Positions 1 through 15,300 of a stretch of DNA of 64,000 nt are shown here, in pieces. How positions within the stretch are numbered: the first letter of the stretch is position 1; every line of letters begins with the position of its first letter. A program made the position numbers and the translations under genes. The stretch comes from Leucoraja ocellata. Its lineage: Eukaryota. A model generated the notes under the pieces. The model saw only the letters and a list, made by a program, of their open reading frames with translations. It was not told where the DNA came from and searched no databases. Where the stretch lies: assembly GCA_036785375.1 (NCBI GenBank), contig JAWMAR010000028.1, forward strand, positions 2,294,001 through 2,358,000, written 5' to 3'.

Positions 1-188
1 TAACTATAAAATCCCTGCAGAAAGCATTTAAGGGTGGGATCGAAACTTGGGGAAATTGTAAGCTTTTGATCAATGAAGATATTGCTCGAAACCATTCATT
101 TCAAATTTAGCTTCTGTAAAGCTCTCCTTATTTAAGTGTTTTTATCATACGACCTTTTGATTTGACGTTTGAATTTATTTTTGTACAG

Positions 189-326
189 GTGACTGCCAAA
201 ACTCTGGCACAACATGACGAGCTGATGAAAAAGACAGAGACAATGAATGTTCTAATTGAGACAAATAAAATGCTACGAGATGAGAAAGAAAGGTTGGAGC
301 AAGAACTCCAGCAATCAAGGGCAAAG
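189..326 (+). CDS. TPR: TPR exon (1/24 in window): VTAKTLAQ...QQSRAK
   Basis: tacag|GTG ... AAG|gtcagt; 138 nt, phase 0-0. Confidence 0.93.
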
Positions 327-3300
327 GTCAGTATACTTCTCAAGATCAGAAAATGCACGTCAGTTCAGTCCTGTCATGCAGGTAGAGTTTGGACATTTTG
401 AGCACTGATTGGTATACAGCGCATCACTAGAAATACCAAGTCAAGCAGATAATGGTTTCAGAATAATGGGGTGTGTGCAGGCTTGATTGAGTAGCCTTGC
501 TCTTTGAAATTGTACAAAGAGATCTTTTGGTTGACAGGGCTGTATGCCCACTTAAGAGAACATATAGGTTCTGGAAAAGATGTGCCCTCTGCCAACATAT
601 CAAGTCAGTTCTAGGCCTTGAACTGTTCCCTATCCATTGGGCTTTTGTGAATTATTATTCAGGAAACAGTATATTTTTAGAGAGCACTAACTTGAGCGAT
701 GCAAATAGAGTAATGTTTTGTTGCATGATTCTTAGATTCGTAAGCTAGAATCTGACATCCTACCTCTTCAAGAATCCAACACTGAGCTCAGTGAGAAAAG
801 TGGTATGTTGCAAGCAGAGAAGAAATTGCTGGATGAAGATCTCAAACGCTGGAAGGCCCGTGCCCAGGTATGACGGGCAATTTATTTAAATTACTACTCA
901 TTTCATTACTCATTGCATTTGGTGGTTCAGTAGCTCATTGCCATTTGTGTAGCTTTTGGCTGAAGAACCACATTAATAACAATTGGTGCTACATTTGATA
1001 TCTTCGGAACTAAACCAAGAACAACGAGGATTTATGGCATTGGAAGAAAAAATGTGGAATCTGTCTATTTAGTGTCTTGTCATTCGACTTTTTTTCTGCC
1101 AAGTACTGATTAACTTTGATGCGTGATCGATTGTCTCTCTAGTTTAGATTCGTCATGGTATACAATATTGAAATGGGGCCCGTTGACTCAACTGATCCGC
1201 CAGCCAAAATGCCTTTCTTTGCAAATCCCATCTACCTATGTTTGGCCCATATGCTTCTAATTCTTTCTCATCCATATATTTATTCAAATATCTTTTAACA
1301 ATTGTAGTCGTACCTGCCTCTGGCGCCAGCTCTGGCATCTTGTTGTATGTACCCACCTGTGTAGAAAAACCCACTCCTCGGATCCTATATACATTTTCCC
1401 CCTCTTAAGGCCATGTCCTCTAAAGTGAATGCTCAGGTTTTTTCCCCAGGGTAGAGGATTCAAAAACAAGAGGGCATTGCCTCATCGCCTTAAGGTGAGT
1501 GGAGTGATTTAAGAGGGACCTCTGGGGCAACTTTATCATCCCATATCTCTGCCAGAGGAAGCTGGATAAGTGGATACAATTGTTTAAAAGACATTTGGAC
1601 AAATAATTGGATAGGCAGTTCAGATGACTATGGACCAAATGTAGGCATATGTGACTGGACAAGTGGGCCAATTTGGTTGGTATGGACAAGATGGGATGAC
1701 AGGCCTATATATGTAATCTATAGCTCTGACGATCTTGTTGTAACCTTGGACAATGTTCTTCACTGTGTGCAAACTTACTAAATGTGCAGCCTATATTTAA
1801 TTGCCAAATCAATAATATATTTGGCAAACGGGATCCAGCACTGATCCCTGTAACACACTGCAGTTTGAATTATTTCATTGTGTGTATATATAATCTGATT
1901 CATAATTATTTAGTTGAAATTCTTATCAATTAACTGAATCTTTGATACATTTGAAATTTGAATAAATAACATTTATGACAATACCTTTGTATTTAAGCAA
2001 TTAATCAGCCAGCAGAAGGAGACGGATCCTGATGAGTACAAGAAGCTAATTTCAGAGAAAGATACAAATACCAAACGTATTCAACAACTAACTGAAGAAA
2101 CTGGGAAATTGAAAACTGAAGTTGCTAGGTAAACAAATGTGTCGTGTATGTGTTGTGTAGAAGCATAACCAGTTAAAAATGCTTCGATCTTTGGGTGAGC
2201 GATTTTGATCTTATAGATGGTCCAATTACTTTATGTACAATACATGAATAATAGCTAAGTATAAAGATACTGCCAGAAAACAAAATTTAAATGCTGTAAA
2301 TATGCATAGAGAGCAGAAAGAAGAAAATGCTGCAAACTGGAGGAACACTACCTTGTATTCCATTTGGGTATCTTACAATCCAAAAATCTCCAACTTCAGC
2401 AAATTCCATCCCCTCCCACCTTCCTGTGCCAGCTTTTGCCCCGTCTCAACCTCTTGCCTGACATTCTCTCCGCCGTCCCCTGCTGCAGTCAATCTGAACA
2501 AAAATGGTCCCAACCTGAAACATCACCCCTCCAGATGCTGCCTGACCCATTGTTCCTCCAGCGCTTAGTGTTTTTCTCAGGATTTTGGAATCTGCAGTTT
2601 CTTGTGTGTCTGTCTTAATTAGAATAAAAATTGTTTTATATTGCATTTAGTCAAGACCAATTTTGACACACTTGCAATGTTTTTAAATGTCTGACTATTG
2701 AAATCTGCTTTGTTTGCAGACTGAATGCATCATCATCTGTATCACAACGTGATGTACAGACATTGAAGACCGAACTCAGTCGAGTGTCTGTTGATCGGGA
2801 TAAACTAAAACAAGAAATGATGGCAAGGGTGGCAGATATCCAGGAAAAGAACAAAACTATTACCCAGGTTAAAAAGATCGGCCGTAGATACAAGACCCAG
2901 TATGAGGAGCTGAAAGCGCAGTATGATAAGGTAAATTGTGACTCTTTATTTAAAAAGGTTTATCCAAGCTAAGATTTTTAAACCTTGTTTAAAAGAGTAA
3001 TGTATTTCCTGATCCATTAAGATGTTTCATTTCATTCTCTTTGACATTGTTATTTGTAAAAACCTACTATTAAGATGAATTCTAACTAATCTCACCATAA
3101 TTCGAATCCCTCCAAATCCTGTCCAAAAACTGCTTACCACAGCTATAAAGCTCACTGAGTTGTAGTTTCTTGGCTTAACCCTGTTGTACTAAAATAAAGC
3201 AACATTAGCTCTCCTAGTCTTTCTGTACCTAGCATTGTGATTAGCTAAATCAACAATTTTGCTAGTCTCAACAATCTCCCGTAACATCAAAGGATACATC

Positions 3301-6300
3301 TGGCCTTGGAGATGTATCCACCTTTGTGTTTCTGGACCTACAACACCACCACCTTCGTAATGTTGATATGTTCCAGGAAATCACTGTTCCTTCATTTAAG
3401 ACTTCATTTAAGATTGCTAATTTCCAGTGGCTCCATACATTGATAGCCACATTGATCCTCAAGGTGAGCTACTCTCTCCCTCGCTACCTTTTTACTATTC
3501 AAGGATGTCTTGATCCCAGCTGCCTATACGTGACATAAATGTTCTCTTTTTTCCTGACCAGATCCTCAACATCCCTCACCAACCAAGGTGTCTTAAATCT
3601 TAACAGCCTTGCCCATCACACTAACAGGAACTTGATTTAAAAAATATTAGCCTTCTGTGCACTGTGCCCCATAGTCCAATTTGATCATCCTTCCAGGGCA
3701 TTAGGTTTCATCATTGAATTATGTTAAAAGAATGAGTGAAAGATTTTCTTCAGAAGACCATATCCATCCTTTTAATCTGTTAGTTTTGTCAAACTTTTGT
3801 CCTGCCTTCCAGATGGTTGCTGAAACATCTTCTCAACGTTCAGCAGAGCAGCAGGCAGAACAATCCTCTGTTCAAGCCACTCAAGATTTGCAAGATGCTT
3901 TGGCTCAATCTGAATCCAGAGCTAAAGCACTAGAGTCTCAGGCTGAAGCCCTGCAGAAGGTAAGTCACAAAGTGATTGTGTTGGCATCCTGTTAAGATTG
4001 TCTTCATATTTGGGACGAGTTTTTAAAGTATTGTCAGGCTGTGATGTACCTCAATCTTTTCCTGGATTTAATGGGCTCACTTTGGATGACTAAAGTATTT
4101 GTAGTTTAGTTTATTGTCACATGTACCAAGGTAGAGTGAAAAGCTTTTTTGTTACCTGCTATCCAGTCAGTGGTCAGTTCCGCTCTCCGGTTGGTAATAG
4201 GGATAACAGCTGGAAGAAACTGTCCCTGAATCTGGGGGTATGCGTTTTCACACTCTTGTACCTCATAACTACTGGGAGAGAGGAGAAGAGGGAGTGTGTA
4301 TGTTGAGATTTGTCCTCGACTATGCTGGTGGCTTTAACGAGGCAGCGTAAAGTGTAGATTGAGTCAATGGAATGGAGGTTGGTTTGCGTGACAGTTTGGG
4401 CTGTGTCCACAATTCTCTGCAATTTCTGGTGGTCTTGGATGAAACTGTGGTGCATGCCAATAAAATGGTGTCTTCAGCCCATCTGTAGAAATAGTGAGAG
4501 TTTTTGGGACATGCTGAATTTCCTAAGCCTTCTAAGTAAGTGGAAGCATTGGTGTACTTTCTTGACCGTTCCTTCGATATGGCTGGTCCAGGACAATTTG
4601 CTGATGATATTTACTCCTAGGAACCTGGAGCTTTCAACCATCTTTATTTTAACGCCGGCAATTTATACCACGGTACGTGCACTGCTTAGCTTCCCGGAAT
4701 TCCTTCTTGCTGACATTGAGAGAAAGGTTGTTGTCTTGGTAACAGGTTACGAATCGGGTTTTCGATCTCCTTCCTATACTGCGCATCATTGTTAGTTGAT
4801 ATCCAGCCTACAATGGTGGTGTCATCTGCAAATTTGTAAATTAAGTCAGATTTGTATTTGGCTGAACAGTCGTAGGTGTAGGGGACTGAAAAGGCACCTT
4901 TGCAGGGCACCTGTGTTGAGGATTATCGTAGAGGACCATTTGTCACATCCGAACAGAAGGACTGTGTTGGGGCACTGGAGAGGCAACTGGATGACCTCGG
5001 GGAAACGAGAGTTTCCTGGACAGGACCTACAGTAAGATCGTTACACTGAAGATACCGGAAGAGAGAAGGTGGGTGATGATGAGGAAGGAAAGGAAACTTG
5101 GAGCACAGGAGACCCCGGGGGAGATGTACCTCTTGAAAAAAGGTTCACCCTCTTGGAAGCTGTAGGGACAGAAGACACTGGCATTCTGAGTTGGGGACAG
5201 GGCTGCAAGTAAAAACGTGGCGCTGAAGTAAAGCTGAAGAGACAGACGTCAGGCAGAGCCGTGGTAGGCGGGGGGACTCCATCGTGAGAAGTACAGACGG
5301 GTTTCTGCGGCAACAGGCGGGATACAAGGATGGTGTGTTGCTTCCCTGGTGCCAGGATCCAGGACATCACAGACCGATTGCAGGGCGTCCTCAAGGGTGA
5401 AGGTGAGCAGCCGGAAGTGGCAATCCATGTCGGCACAATTGACGTCGGGAAGAAGAAGAAAGAGATTCTGCGACGTGATTTGAGAAAGCTTGGAAGAAGG
5501 CTGAAAAACAGGACCTCCAGGGTGGTTATTTCCAGTTTGCTTCCAGTTCCCCGTGCTGGTGAGATGGGGAATCCGAGTATGTGGTTGATTTGCAGACGGG
5601 TGGGTTTAAACTAGATAATGGGGGGGAGGGGAGGAGACAAATTGGAAAGACAAGGATGGAGATAAAGAGAAAGAGAGTATAGGACAAGTTAAAGACCAGA
5701 ATTAATGGGGCAGAAAGCTCACAAAGGGATAGGTGATTATGGCCAAGTGAAATAGGAATCGATGTGAAAGGTGAGGTGAAGAATGGATTTTAAAGTATTA
5801 TATATGAAGACTCGAAATATCAGAAGTAATTGGATCAGCTTGAGGCTCAGTTAGAGATTGGTAGATATGTGGGGATTACAACGACATGGCTGCAGGGGGA
5901 TCGGGACTGGGAAAAGAATATTCAGGGTTATACAACCTATTAGAAAGGACAGGCCGGTCGGTGAGCAGAGGGGAGTTGAGGTAGCTGTTGGTGAGGGATG
6001 CAATTCAGTCCCTTGCGAGGGGTGACATAGGGACTGACGATGTAGCGTCGCTGTGGATAGAATTGAGGAATTGTAAAGGTAAGAAGACACTAATGGGAGT
6101 TATCTACAGCCCCCAAACAATAGCCTGGATATAGGGTGCAAGTTACAGCAGGAGTTAAAATTGGCATGTAACAAAGGTTATGGGAGATTTCAATATGCAG
6201 GTAGACTGGGAAAATCAGGTTAGTTCTGGACCCCAAGAAAGGGAGTTTGTAGAGTGCCTCTGAGATGGATTCTTAGAGCAGCTTGTACTGGAGCATACCA

Positions 6301-9300
6301 GAGAGAAGGCAATTCTGGATTTAGTGTTATCTAATAAACCAGATTTAATAGGGAACTCAAGGTAAAGGAACCGCTTGGAGGTAGTGATCATAAGGTGATA
6401 AGTTTTAATCTGCCATTTGTGAAGGAGAAGGTTAAATCAGAAGTGTCAGTGTTGTAGTTGAACAAAGGGGACTCTGAAGGCATGAGAGAGGAGCTGGCCA
6501 AGGTCAACTGGAAAAGGATCCTAGCAGGAATGACAATGGAACAGCAATGGCAGGAATTTCTGGGCATAATCCAGAAGATGCAGGATCATTTCATTCCAAA
6601 GAGGAAGAAAGATTCTAAATGGGAGAGTAAGAGGTAACTAGCTGACAAGGGGAGTTAGGGATGGAATAAAACTAAAAGAAAAGGTGTATAACATAGCAAA
6701 GAGTACTGGGATGCCAGGGGATTGGGAAACTTTTAAAGGACGACAGAAGGTAACAAAAAGGGCAATACGGGGTGAAAAGGTGAGTATGAGGGTATCTGAG
6801 AAATGAAGGTTAGTAAAAGATTCTTTAGGTATGTTAAGAGAAAAAGATTAGTAAAGACAAATGTGGATCCTTTGAAGGCAGAAACAAGTGAAATTATTAT
6901 GGGGAACAAGGAAATTGCAGAATAATTGAACAGGTACTTTGTTTATGTTCTCCTTAGTGAAGACTGAACCAATCTCCCAGATGTACGAGAGAACAGAGGA
7001 TCTAGGGAGACAGAGGAACTGATATAAATTTGCATTAGGCAAGAAATAGTATTGTGTAGACTGATGGGCCTGAAGGCTGATAATCTGCATCCCAGGCTCT
7101 GAAAATCGTAGACGCATTGGTGATCATTTTCCAATATTCTAAATATTCAGGATCAGTTCCTGTGGGTTGGAGGGGAGCTAATGTTATCCCACTCTTCAAG
7201 AAAGGAGCGTGAGAGAAAACGGGGAATTATAGATCAGTTAGCCTGACATCGGTAGTGGGGAAGATGCTGGAGTCAATAACGGCGCATTTGGATTGCAGTA
7301 ACAAGGATCGGTCCAAGTTAGCATGGATTTATCATGGGGAAATCCTGCTTGACTAATCTTCTGCAATTTATTGAGGATGTGACAAGTGAAATGGATGAAG
7401 GAGAGCCAGTGGATGTAGTGTATCTGGACTTTCAGAAAGCCTTTGATAAGGTCCCACTGGAGATTTGTTGGCAAAATTAGAGCACATGATATTGGGGGTA
7501 GGGTATTGACATGGATAGAAAATTGGTTGGCAGACAGGAAACAGAGTAGGAATAAATGGGTCCCTGTACGAATGGAAGGCAATGGTGAGTGGAGTGCCAC
7601 AAGCCTCGGTGCTGGGGCCGCAACTATTTACAATATATAAATGATTTAGATGATGGGATTAAAAGTAACACTAGCAAATTTGCAGATGGACACAAAGCTG
7701 GGTGGCAGTGTGATCTGCAAAGAGGATGCTAGGGTGACTTGGACAGGTTGAATGAGTGGGCAGATGCATGGCAGATGCAATATAATGTAGATAAATGTGA
7801 GATTATCCACTGGCAGCAAGAACAAAGAGGCAGATTATTATCTCAATAGTGTTGGATTAGTAAAAAGGGAAGTGCATTGAGACCTGGGCGTCCTTGTACA
7901 CCAGTCACTGAAAGTAAACATGCAGGTACAGCAGGCAGTGAAGAAAGCTAATGGCATGGTGGCTTTCATAACGAGAGGATTTGAGTATAGGAGTAAATAG
8001 GTCCTTCTGCAGTTGTACAGGGCCCTAGTGAGACCACGTCTGAGGAAAATAAATGGTACAAATCTGTTAGAATCTCCCGATCTCTCCTGGATTGGGGCCT
8101 GTGTACTGAAAACTAGTTATTAAATTATCTGGTCAAGATTGAGAGATGTCAAATTAATGTCTATTCTGTGGCAATTAAACAATATATTGGTGTGCTAGAT
8201 GCAGTCGTGCTGAAGAGTTTGTTATGTCCTGATAAACAATTTACTAAATATTCGGGAAATAGACTGATATCACTCGTATTATAACTAGCTTAGCACGATT
8301 CGAGTTCAGCTTGGAACTTCTCTACTTTAATATCTCTTATATTCCAAAAATGAATAGGATAAGCTACAGGAGGATTTAAAAGTAGATTTTGTAACGGAGT
8401 AAAACAGTGGCAAAAATCAAGTGCTCTACATGCAGACTATACCCTCAAAAATGGACTGTTACTTAAATGGAGATTGTGCACGGGAAGAATGAGATCAAGG
8501 AATGACACTCTTATGCTACATACCTTAGAAATTTAAATAAAAACACTTCAGAATCTGGGAGAAATGAAATTGTTTGGGGAAAGTTGTCTCTGAGAAATGT
8601 CTGTGCTACTGTGCTCATCTGCTTTTTAAAAAAATATGGATTGACTGATGAAGATCGTTTGCTGTGTTAGGTACAAAGCTTCATTGATCAAATGGTTCAT
8701 ATGTTTCCATTCTTGACTAATATAGTCTAACATTTCATGAGGGTAATCTTATACAATGCAGCCCATTGACTAACTATAACTTTCTGTACTTTTTTCAGTC
8801 TGTAAGTGAGAAGGAATCTGAAGTTAAAAAGTTACAGGATGAAGTAACCCAGTTGCAAGGAGAACTTTCACGCTTGCGCCAGGAACTGCAGGAGAAAGCA
8901 AACCTTGAAGAACAGCTTCGGCAACAGATACTGGAGAAAGAAGAGAAGACCAAGAAAGCAATATTGGTAGCCAAACAGAAGATAACACAGCTAGCTGGTC
9001 AGCCATTTGTATTTTTGAAAATTCTTTTAAAATAGTGAATAGAATAATTGATTGTAGTAAAGAACAGATAATTAGAGTTCATGCTTGTACCGTCACACCT
9101 CAGAGATACAGCGCAGAAACAAGCTATTCAGACCACTGACTCGCGCCAAACAGTGATCACCCCCCGTATACTAGCACTATCGTACACATTAGGGACACTA
9201 CGATTTCTACCAAAGCCAATTAACCTACACGCCTTTGGAGTGTGGGAAGAAACCGAAGCACCCGGAGGAAACCCACGTGGTTACAGAGAGAACGTACACA

Positions 9301-12300
9301 TTTTATATAGACTGCACCCATGGTCAGGATCCAACCCAGGTCTCTGGCACTAGGGCAGCAACTCTGCCGCTGCATCACTGTGCTCACCGTTGTGTCTGAT
9401 TGTTCAATGTTTCCAGTGTATTAAGAAATCCTATATTACAGGTCATTAATATAGGATTTCTTAATACACTGGAAATATTGCTTGTGTTTTATTTAACTGA
9501 TTGAGGACCAGCTTTTGGTGGCCATCTAATGTGACTAATGCCAAAATCAGCTGTTTTATAGAAATACTGGCAAGGGGAGTGCCTTAATCCCAAACTGGGT
9601 CAAATTGCAATTGGCTTTCATCTCCTTAAGTACAAAGGAATGTAATGCTAGAGTATTGTACTAGTGCCACAGATAATTCAGCTGTTCCACAGTCTCAGAG
9701 ATCCATGTTTATCTTGAGTTTAAACATTCTCCTTGTAGTTGCGTGGGCTTGCTCTTGTTCTCCATTTTGCTCCTACATCCCAAATGCAAGTTGACTGTTG
9801 GGTAATTACTTAAACTGCCCCTTGTATAGTTTGCTGGTGTGAGACTTGGAGAGGAGTTAATGAGCTTGTGTAAGAAAATAAGATATGGACAAATAAGAGG
9901 TGGGGGGGGAGAATCTGGTTAATGGGAGAGAATTGTATCAATATAGAGATGCCAGAGGCAAATGTTTCCCATCATCATCATCCTTTATTGTCATCTTGCA
10001 AAGCAATAGTTGTACAGTGCAAATGAGAAGATGTTTCCCAGGGAATACAAATGTAGTTACTCTACATTTGCATATGACAATGCACTCTTCGGGACTTTCC
10101 AGAAATCTAGGAAAACAAAATTCTGATGTTTTTGTTTGGGGATATAAAGAGAATATTGAAGAAAAATAATTTTGCATCAGTTAAATAAACTGCTCCAACC
10201 AAGAATTGAGATAAAACTTGCTCTAACGTTATGAATTGTCTTTAAAGCTTTCTGTTATTAATCCTTATAACCGTTTACCTTCAAGCATGAAAACAAATGT
10301 GTAGAGCAATGATATTTTGCTGATTTGAAATTAAGCCAGTTGGTTTGTTTTAGGTTTGAAGGAACAATTGGCGAAGGAGAATGAAGAGTTGAAGCAGCAC
10401 AATGAAGAGTTTAAGCAGCGTGTCAGTAGTTTGGATCAGCAAAGAGAGGAGCTGGAGGTGCGCATGAGTGCACTGAAATCACAGTATGACGGTCACATTA
10501 CTCGACTCAAACGAGAGCTGAAAGAACACCAGGAACGACATGAACAACGTGAGGAACCACAAGAACTAACCATTAAGGTATGTGCAAGAAAGGTCCTGGC
10601 ATGGAAATGCTGAATTATAAAGATCAAAGATCTATATATATATATATAAATTTAATTGACAAAATTGGAAAGGGAATTTGATACTTGATTCAGTTATATG
10701 GTATTCTTCTTATCGAGTCCACACGCAAGATTAGAAGTTGTGCAGGCAGAGCTGAAGTTCAGCCAGAGCTGAACACATTTCTCGGCATCTGCATACAATG
10801 GTGTCTGTCTTTTGCCTCTTGTGCGTGGTGGTGGAAAGATTGGTGGAAACAGGGTCGCGATGTGAACACTCTTTCCTTCACCCCCAATGTATGCTTTATG
10901 GGAGTAATTGCCATATGACTAAATACTTGGAGAATAAAACATTTAATTCACTGTGCCACATTAAACTTGGTGCAGCGACATCCATGAAAATACAGTATTG
11001 TTTTCTCTGTCACTGCATCCTGTTATTCAGAACTACCTTTGGTTATATCAAAACGTTGAGTTGCCTGAAAATTCAACTAATTTTGTATTGCAAATTATTT
11101 TTATCTCTGCATTGTGCATATAAATAGTTGTGACTGCCTCAGCAAAGGTTTTTGAGAACTGTTGCTTCATCTTTTAATTATGGTATGAAAATCTAGCAGC
11201 TTAAATCATGAAGGTATATGAGAGAAATTATTTTTAATGCATTAGAATGGCCGATGTGACTTCATAAATGCAGAATATAATCGTCTGTTACATTTTTAAT
11301 GCATAGCATAATATGACACCAATGATAATATTTATTTCTGTTTTGCATTAGACTTCTGAACCACAGAGACAGTTGGATCCACAGAGGCAAATTACCTTGA
11401 AACAAACTACTGTATCTACAGACAGAGGAAGGTAAGAATAAGCATTATCTGTGGTTTGTCTGAAGAAGGGTCTCGACCCGAAACGTTGCCTATTTCCTTC
11501 GCTCCATAGATGCTGCCACACCCGCTGAGTTTCTCCAGCATTTTTGTCTACCTTTGATTTTCCAGCAACTGTAGTTCCTTCTTAAACATTATCTGTACCC
11601 ATGTCATTTTGTTTTACAACTAGCCCCAATTATCAATATAAAGCGGTACTTTGCATACACCTATCCTAAATTCTCATGTAACTAAATGAATAACGCTGTC
11701 TTTTTTAGCACAAGATTTGGCAACATAATTTAACTCTGCTGTTCAATCTTGTTTTACTTTTAAAAGGAAACATATCTGGCAGCTTTTAACAGTTACAACA
11801 AATTCCAGTGACGTTGTATGCTTACAGAGTTAATTATTTTCTGTTCATTTTTTAATTATACTTTCATTATGAAAGGCAATCTTTTTACGATAAACTTTCT
11901 TTAAAATGTTATACAGTTCATGCTCATCTGATCCACCAACGGCCAATATCAAACCAACCCCTCTCGTGGCAACACCGAGTAAAGTAGCTGCTGGTCCAGC
12001 GCCTGGCAGTAAGTCCACACCAAGAGCCAGTATTCGTCCAATGGTTACTCCAGCGACTGTCTCAGGACCGGCCACAACACCAACTGCAACAGTGATGCCC
12101 ACAACACAAGTTGAAACTCAAGAAGGTATCTAGTTTTAAACATTGAATCGTGTAGCATTTACAGCTATCAGCCTTAATATGTACCAGCTGTATAATAATC
12201 ACATAGATTTGCCACTGTAGAAGACAATTTGATTTTTAAAACCTATTCTATTTTGTTTCATGGAAAACTATGTTCTAATAGACAGTTTTGCCCGTGTCCT

Positions 12301-15300
12301 TATTCAGCAGCCATACAGTCAGAAGGACCAGTGGAACATGTAACCGTTTTCGGTAGCGCAAGTGGAACAGTGCGTTCAACGAGTCCAAATATCCCGAGCT
12401 TGTCACAACCAATTTTAACAGTCCAACAGCAGCAGACGCAGGCAACAGCCTTTGTACAGCCCACCCAACAATCTCTTCAGCAGATAGAGCCAGCAAATCA
12501 GGAACTTTCAACAAACCTCGGAGATGTGGTGCAGAACACCCAATTAGAACGACCATCCACTTCTACAGCTGTATTTGGAACAGGTTAGTTTATGTTGTGA
12601 TCTGAAAATGATTTCTTCAAAGGATAACTTAATCCCGGAAATCAAAAAGAACTACAGTTGCTGGAAATCTGTAACGGTTTAATTTAATTTAGAGATAAAG
12701 TGCTGAAATAGACCCTTCGGCCCACTGAATCTGTGCCGACCAGTGATCCCCGCACACTTAACACTATCCTACACACACTAGGATTTACAATTTTACCAAG
12801 CCAATTAATCAATAAGCCTGTAGGTCTTTGGAGTGTGGGAGGAAAACCCACGCAGGTCACAGGGAGAACGTGCAAACTCCATACAGACAGCACCTATAGT
12901 CAGCATCGAACCCGAGTCTCTGGCGCTGTAAAGCAGCAACTCTACTGCTGCGCCACCATTGCCGCCCATGAGGAAAATTACACCTTAAGATTAAGAAGAT
13001 TTAAGTTGTCGAGAATGAACAATGCTGGAAATACTCAGCAGGTCACTCCATCTCTTTGGGAAGAGAAAGGGGCAAATGTTTTAAGATTGGAGTTTCAACC
13101 ATTTTGTCTCTGACATGAAACATCGACTATGTTTATCTTCTTGTATTTTATTTATTTGTTCTCGACAACCTAATCTTCTTAACCTTGTTGTAATTTTTCT
13201 CTTCAGACTTTATTAATTTTGTCACTTAGGGATGAGAGCGAGTCATTCAACTCGTGTCTGTTCTGACAATTCTGTAGATCGCAGCTGATCTGCATTAACT
13301 CCACTCTTTTACTACACACCCCTTCACATCCTTGAATGAATAACAAAAATCTTATTGGCCTCAGTCTTGGAAGTGTCAAATTCAGTGGGGATGGATGATT
13401 GGGGCTCTGCTATGCTCTGGTTTTATCTCCAAAGGTTTACCTTGGAGTCGTAACTTTATGCAGCATGATAGCAATTCGTTCATGCCAACCTCAATGTCTC
13501 CCTGTACTTACCCAACCTACCTGTGCTTGGCCCATTATTCCTTTTTTTTAGATTTAAGATCGTGCCCCGTGGTCCATATGGCATACATATCCTTAATTCA
13601 CCATTATTTGGTGTATTAATAACTAATGTATTGGATAACTTCTTTTGTCTATCTCTTTTAATGAGCCATTCTCGCGCAAGTGAATAAATGTGTGGATTTT
13701 TAGGATCTTTTGGGGCCTTTTGAGTTGAAATAACGGTTTCATAAGGTGTCACCTTTCAGTTTCAGGTTCCACTACTATGTCCAAGCGTCAGCGTGAAGAT
13801 GATGACGAGATGAGTGCAGATAACACAGTTCATGGCCAGGATGAGTCTTTGGAACATCAACCAAAGAAGTTGAAACTTACCCAACGAGCAGTACGTGAGA
13901 TGGTTGATGTATTCCTGGTGTAATTGGAAAATAGACTAGGGCTATGGGAGCATCTCTTGATTCAATCACATAAATGGGAAAATCATTTGTATGTTTTTGG
14001 AAATCCAGAACAAATGAGCAAAATAAAATTAGAGACAAACCACAAAGGAATGCAGTTCGAGAGTGTTTGTTTCCACAAAGGGTTGTTGTAATCTGGAACC
14101 ATCCCCCTTAAATGCACATGAATGGTGAAACAAGTGCCATTTTCCAAGTCAATCGGATGGGTGATTAGAGGGAAGGGTATCAAGATAAATGGGGGTTCAC
14201 TATTGAATAGCAGTAATCTAATTAATGGCTGAATATATACAGTTGAACTGGCCTGTTACATTAAGTATGTTTGCGAATGGCAAATAGCTTAAATATTTGT
14301 GAAATCACGTTCAAACCAAGCTGTTTGAATGACAATAAAAGGCATTCTATTTTATTCTAAAACTCTGATAATCAGTCACTATCGGGACTTTCATGGTGCT
14401 AGGTAGGCATATTTTCCAGACTATAGGGTATTGCACGAATTGAATTCACTTTTTTATCTGTTAAACAGCATTACAATGAATTTTCCAGTGAGCCAGATAA
14501 ATATGAAGGGAGCACAGTAACTGGATCGTCAGTGAATAGGAAGGAAGCCCCTTGAGCCTTATTCTGAATCATCGAGATTTCCCTATAGCTGGATGGTGGA
14601 TTTTCAGTTTGTGTAGTCAGAAAAGGAAAGTTAGGGGGAAAATATATATATATACACTGAATTTCTTGCTCCTCTGCTAGTTTTTGAAATGTTTTTGTAG
14701 AATTAATGTTAAAGGCTAACCTAATTGAAAACTATACTACTAAACTGTTTCAACCTCAGGAAGAGCACATGCAAGAGGTGGATGAAAGCGCAGAAACAGA
14801 TACTGAAATGCAGATGCAGTCAGAGAACTTGGATTCACAGGACTCTCTCACCCAAGTGAGTTAATTGCCACCAGTCAATTTTAGACTGGAATGAAATGGG
14901 TGTAATATTACATCCTGACTAGGTACAATGCTCTCCATCATGTTTGGGACGAAGACCCTTCATTTATTTATTTGCCTCTGTATTCCTCAATTTGAGTTTT
15001 GTAATAGAAAAAAATCACATGTGGTTAAAGTGCACATTGGCAGATTTTATTAAAATATTTTTATACATTTTGGATTCACCATGTAGAAATTACAGCAATG
15101 TTTATACATAGACCCCCCCCCCCCCCAGCTGATTTACAATTACAAATTACAGCCCCCCCCCCGATTTCAGAGCACCACAATATTTGGGACGCATGGCATC
15201 ACAGGTGTTTGTAATTGCTCAGGTGTGTTTAAATGCCTCCTTAATGCAGGTATAAGAGAGCTCTCAGCATCTAGTCTTTCCTCCAGTCTTTCCATCACCT

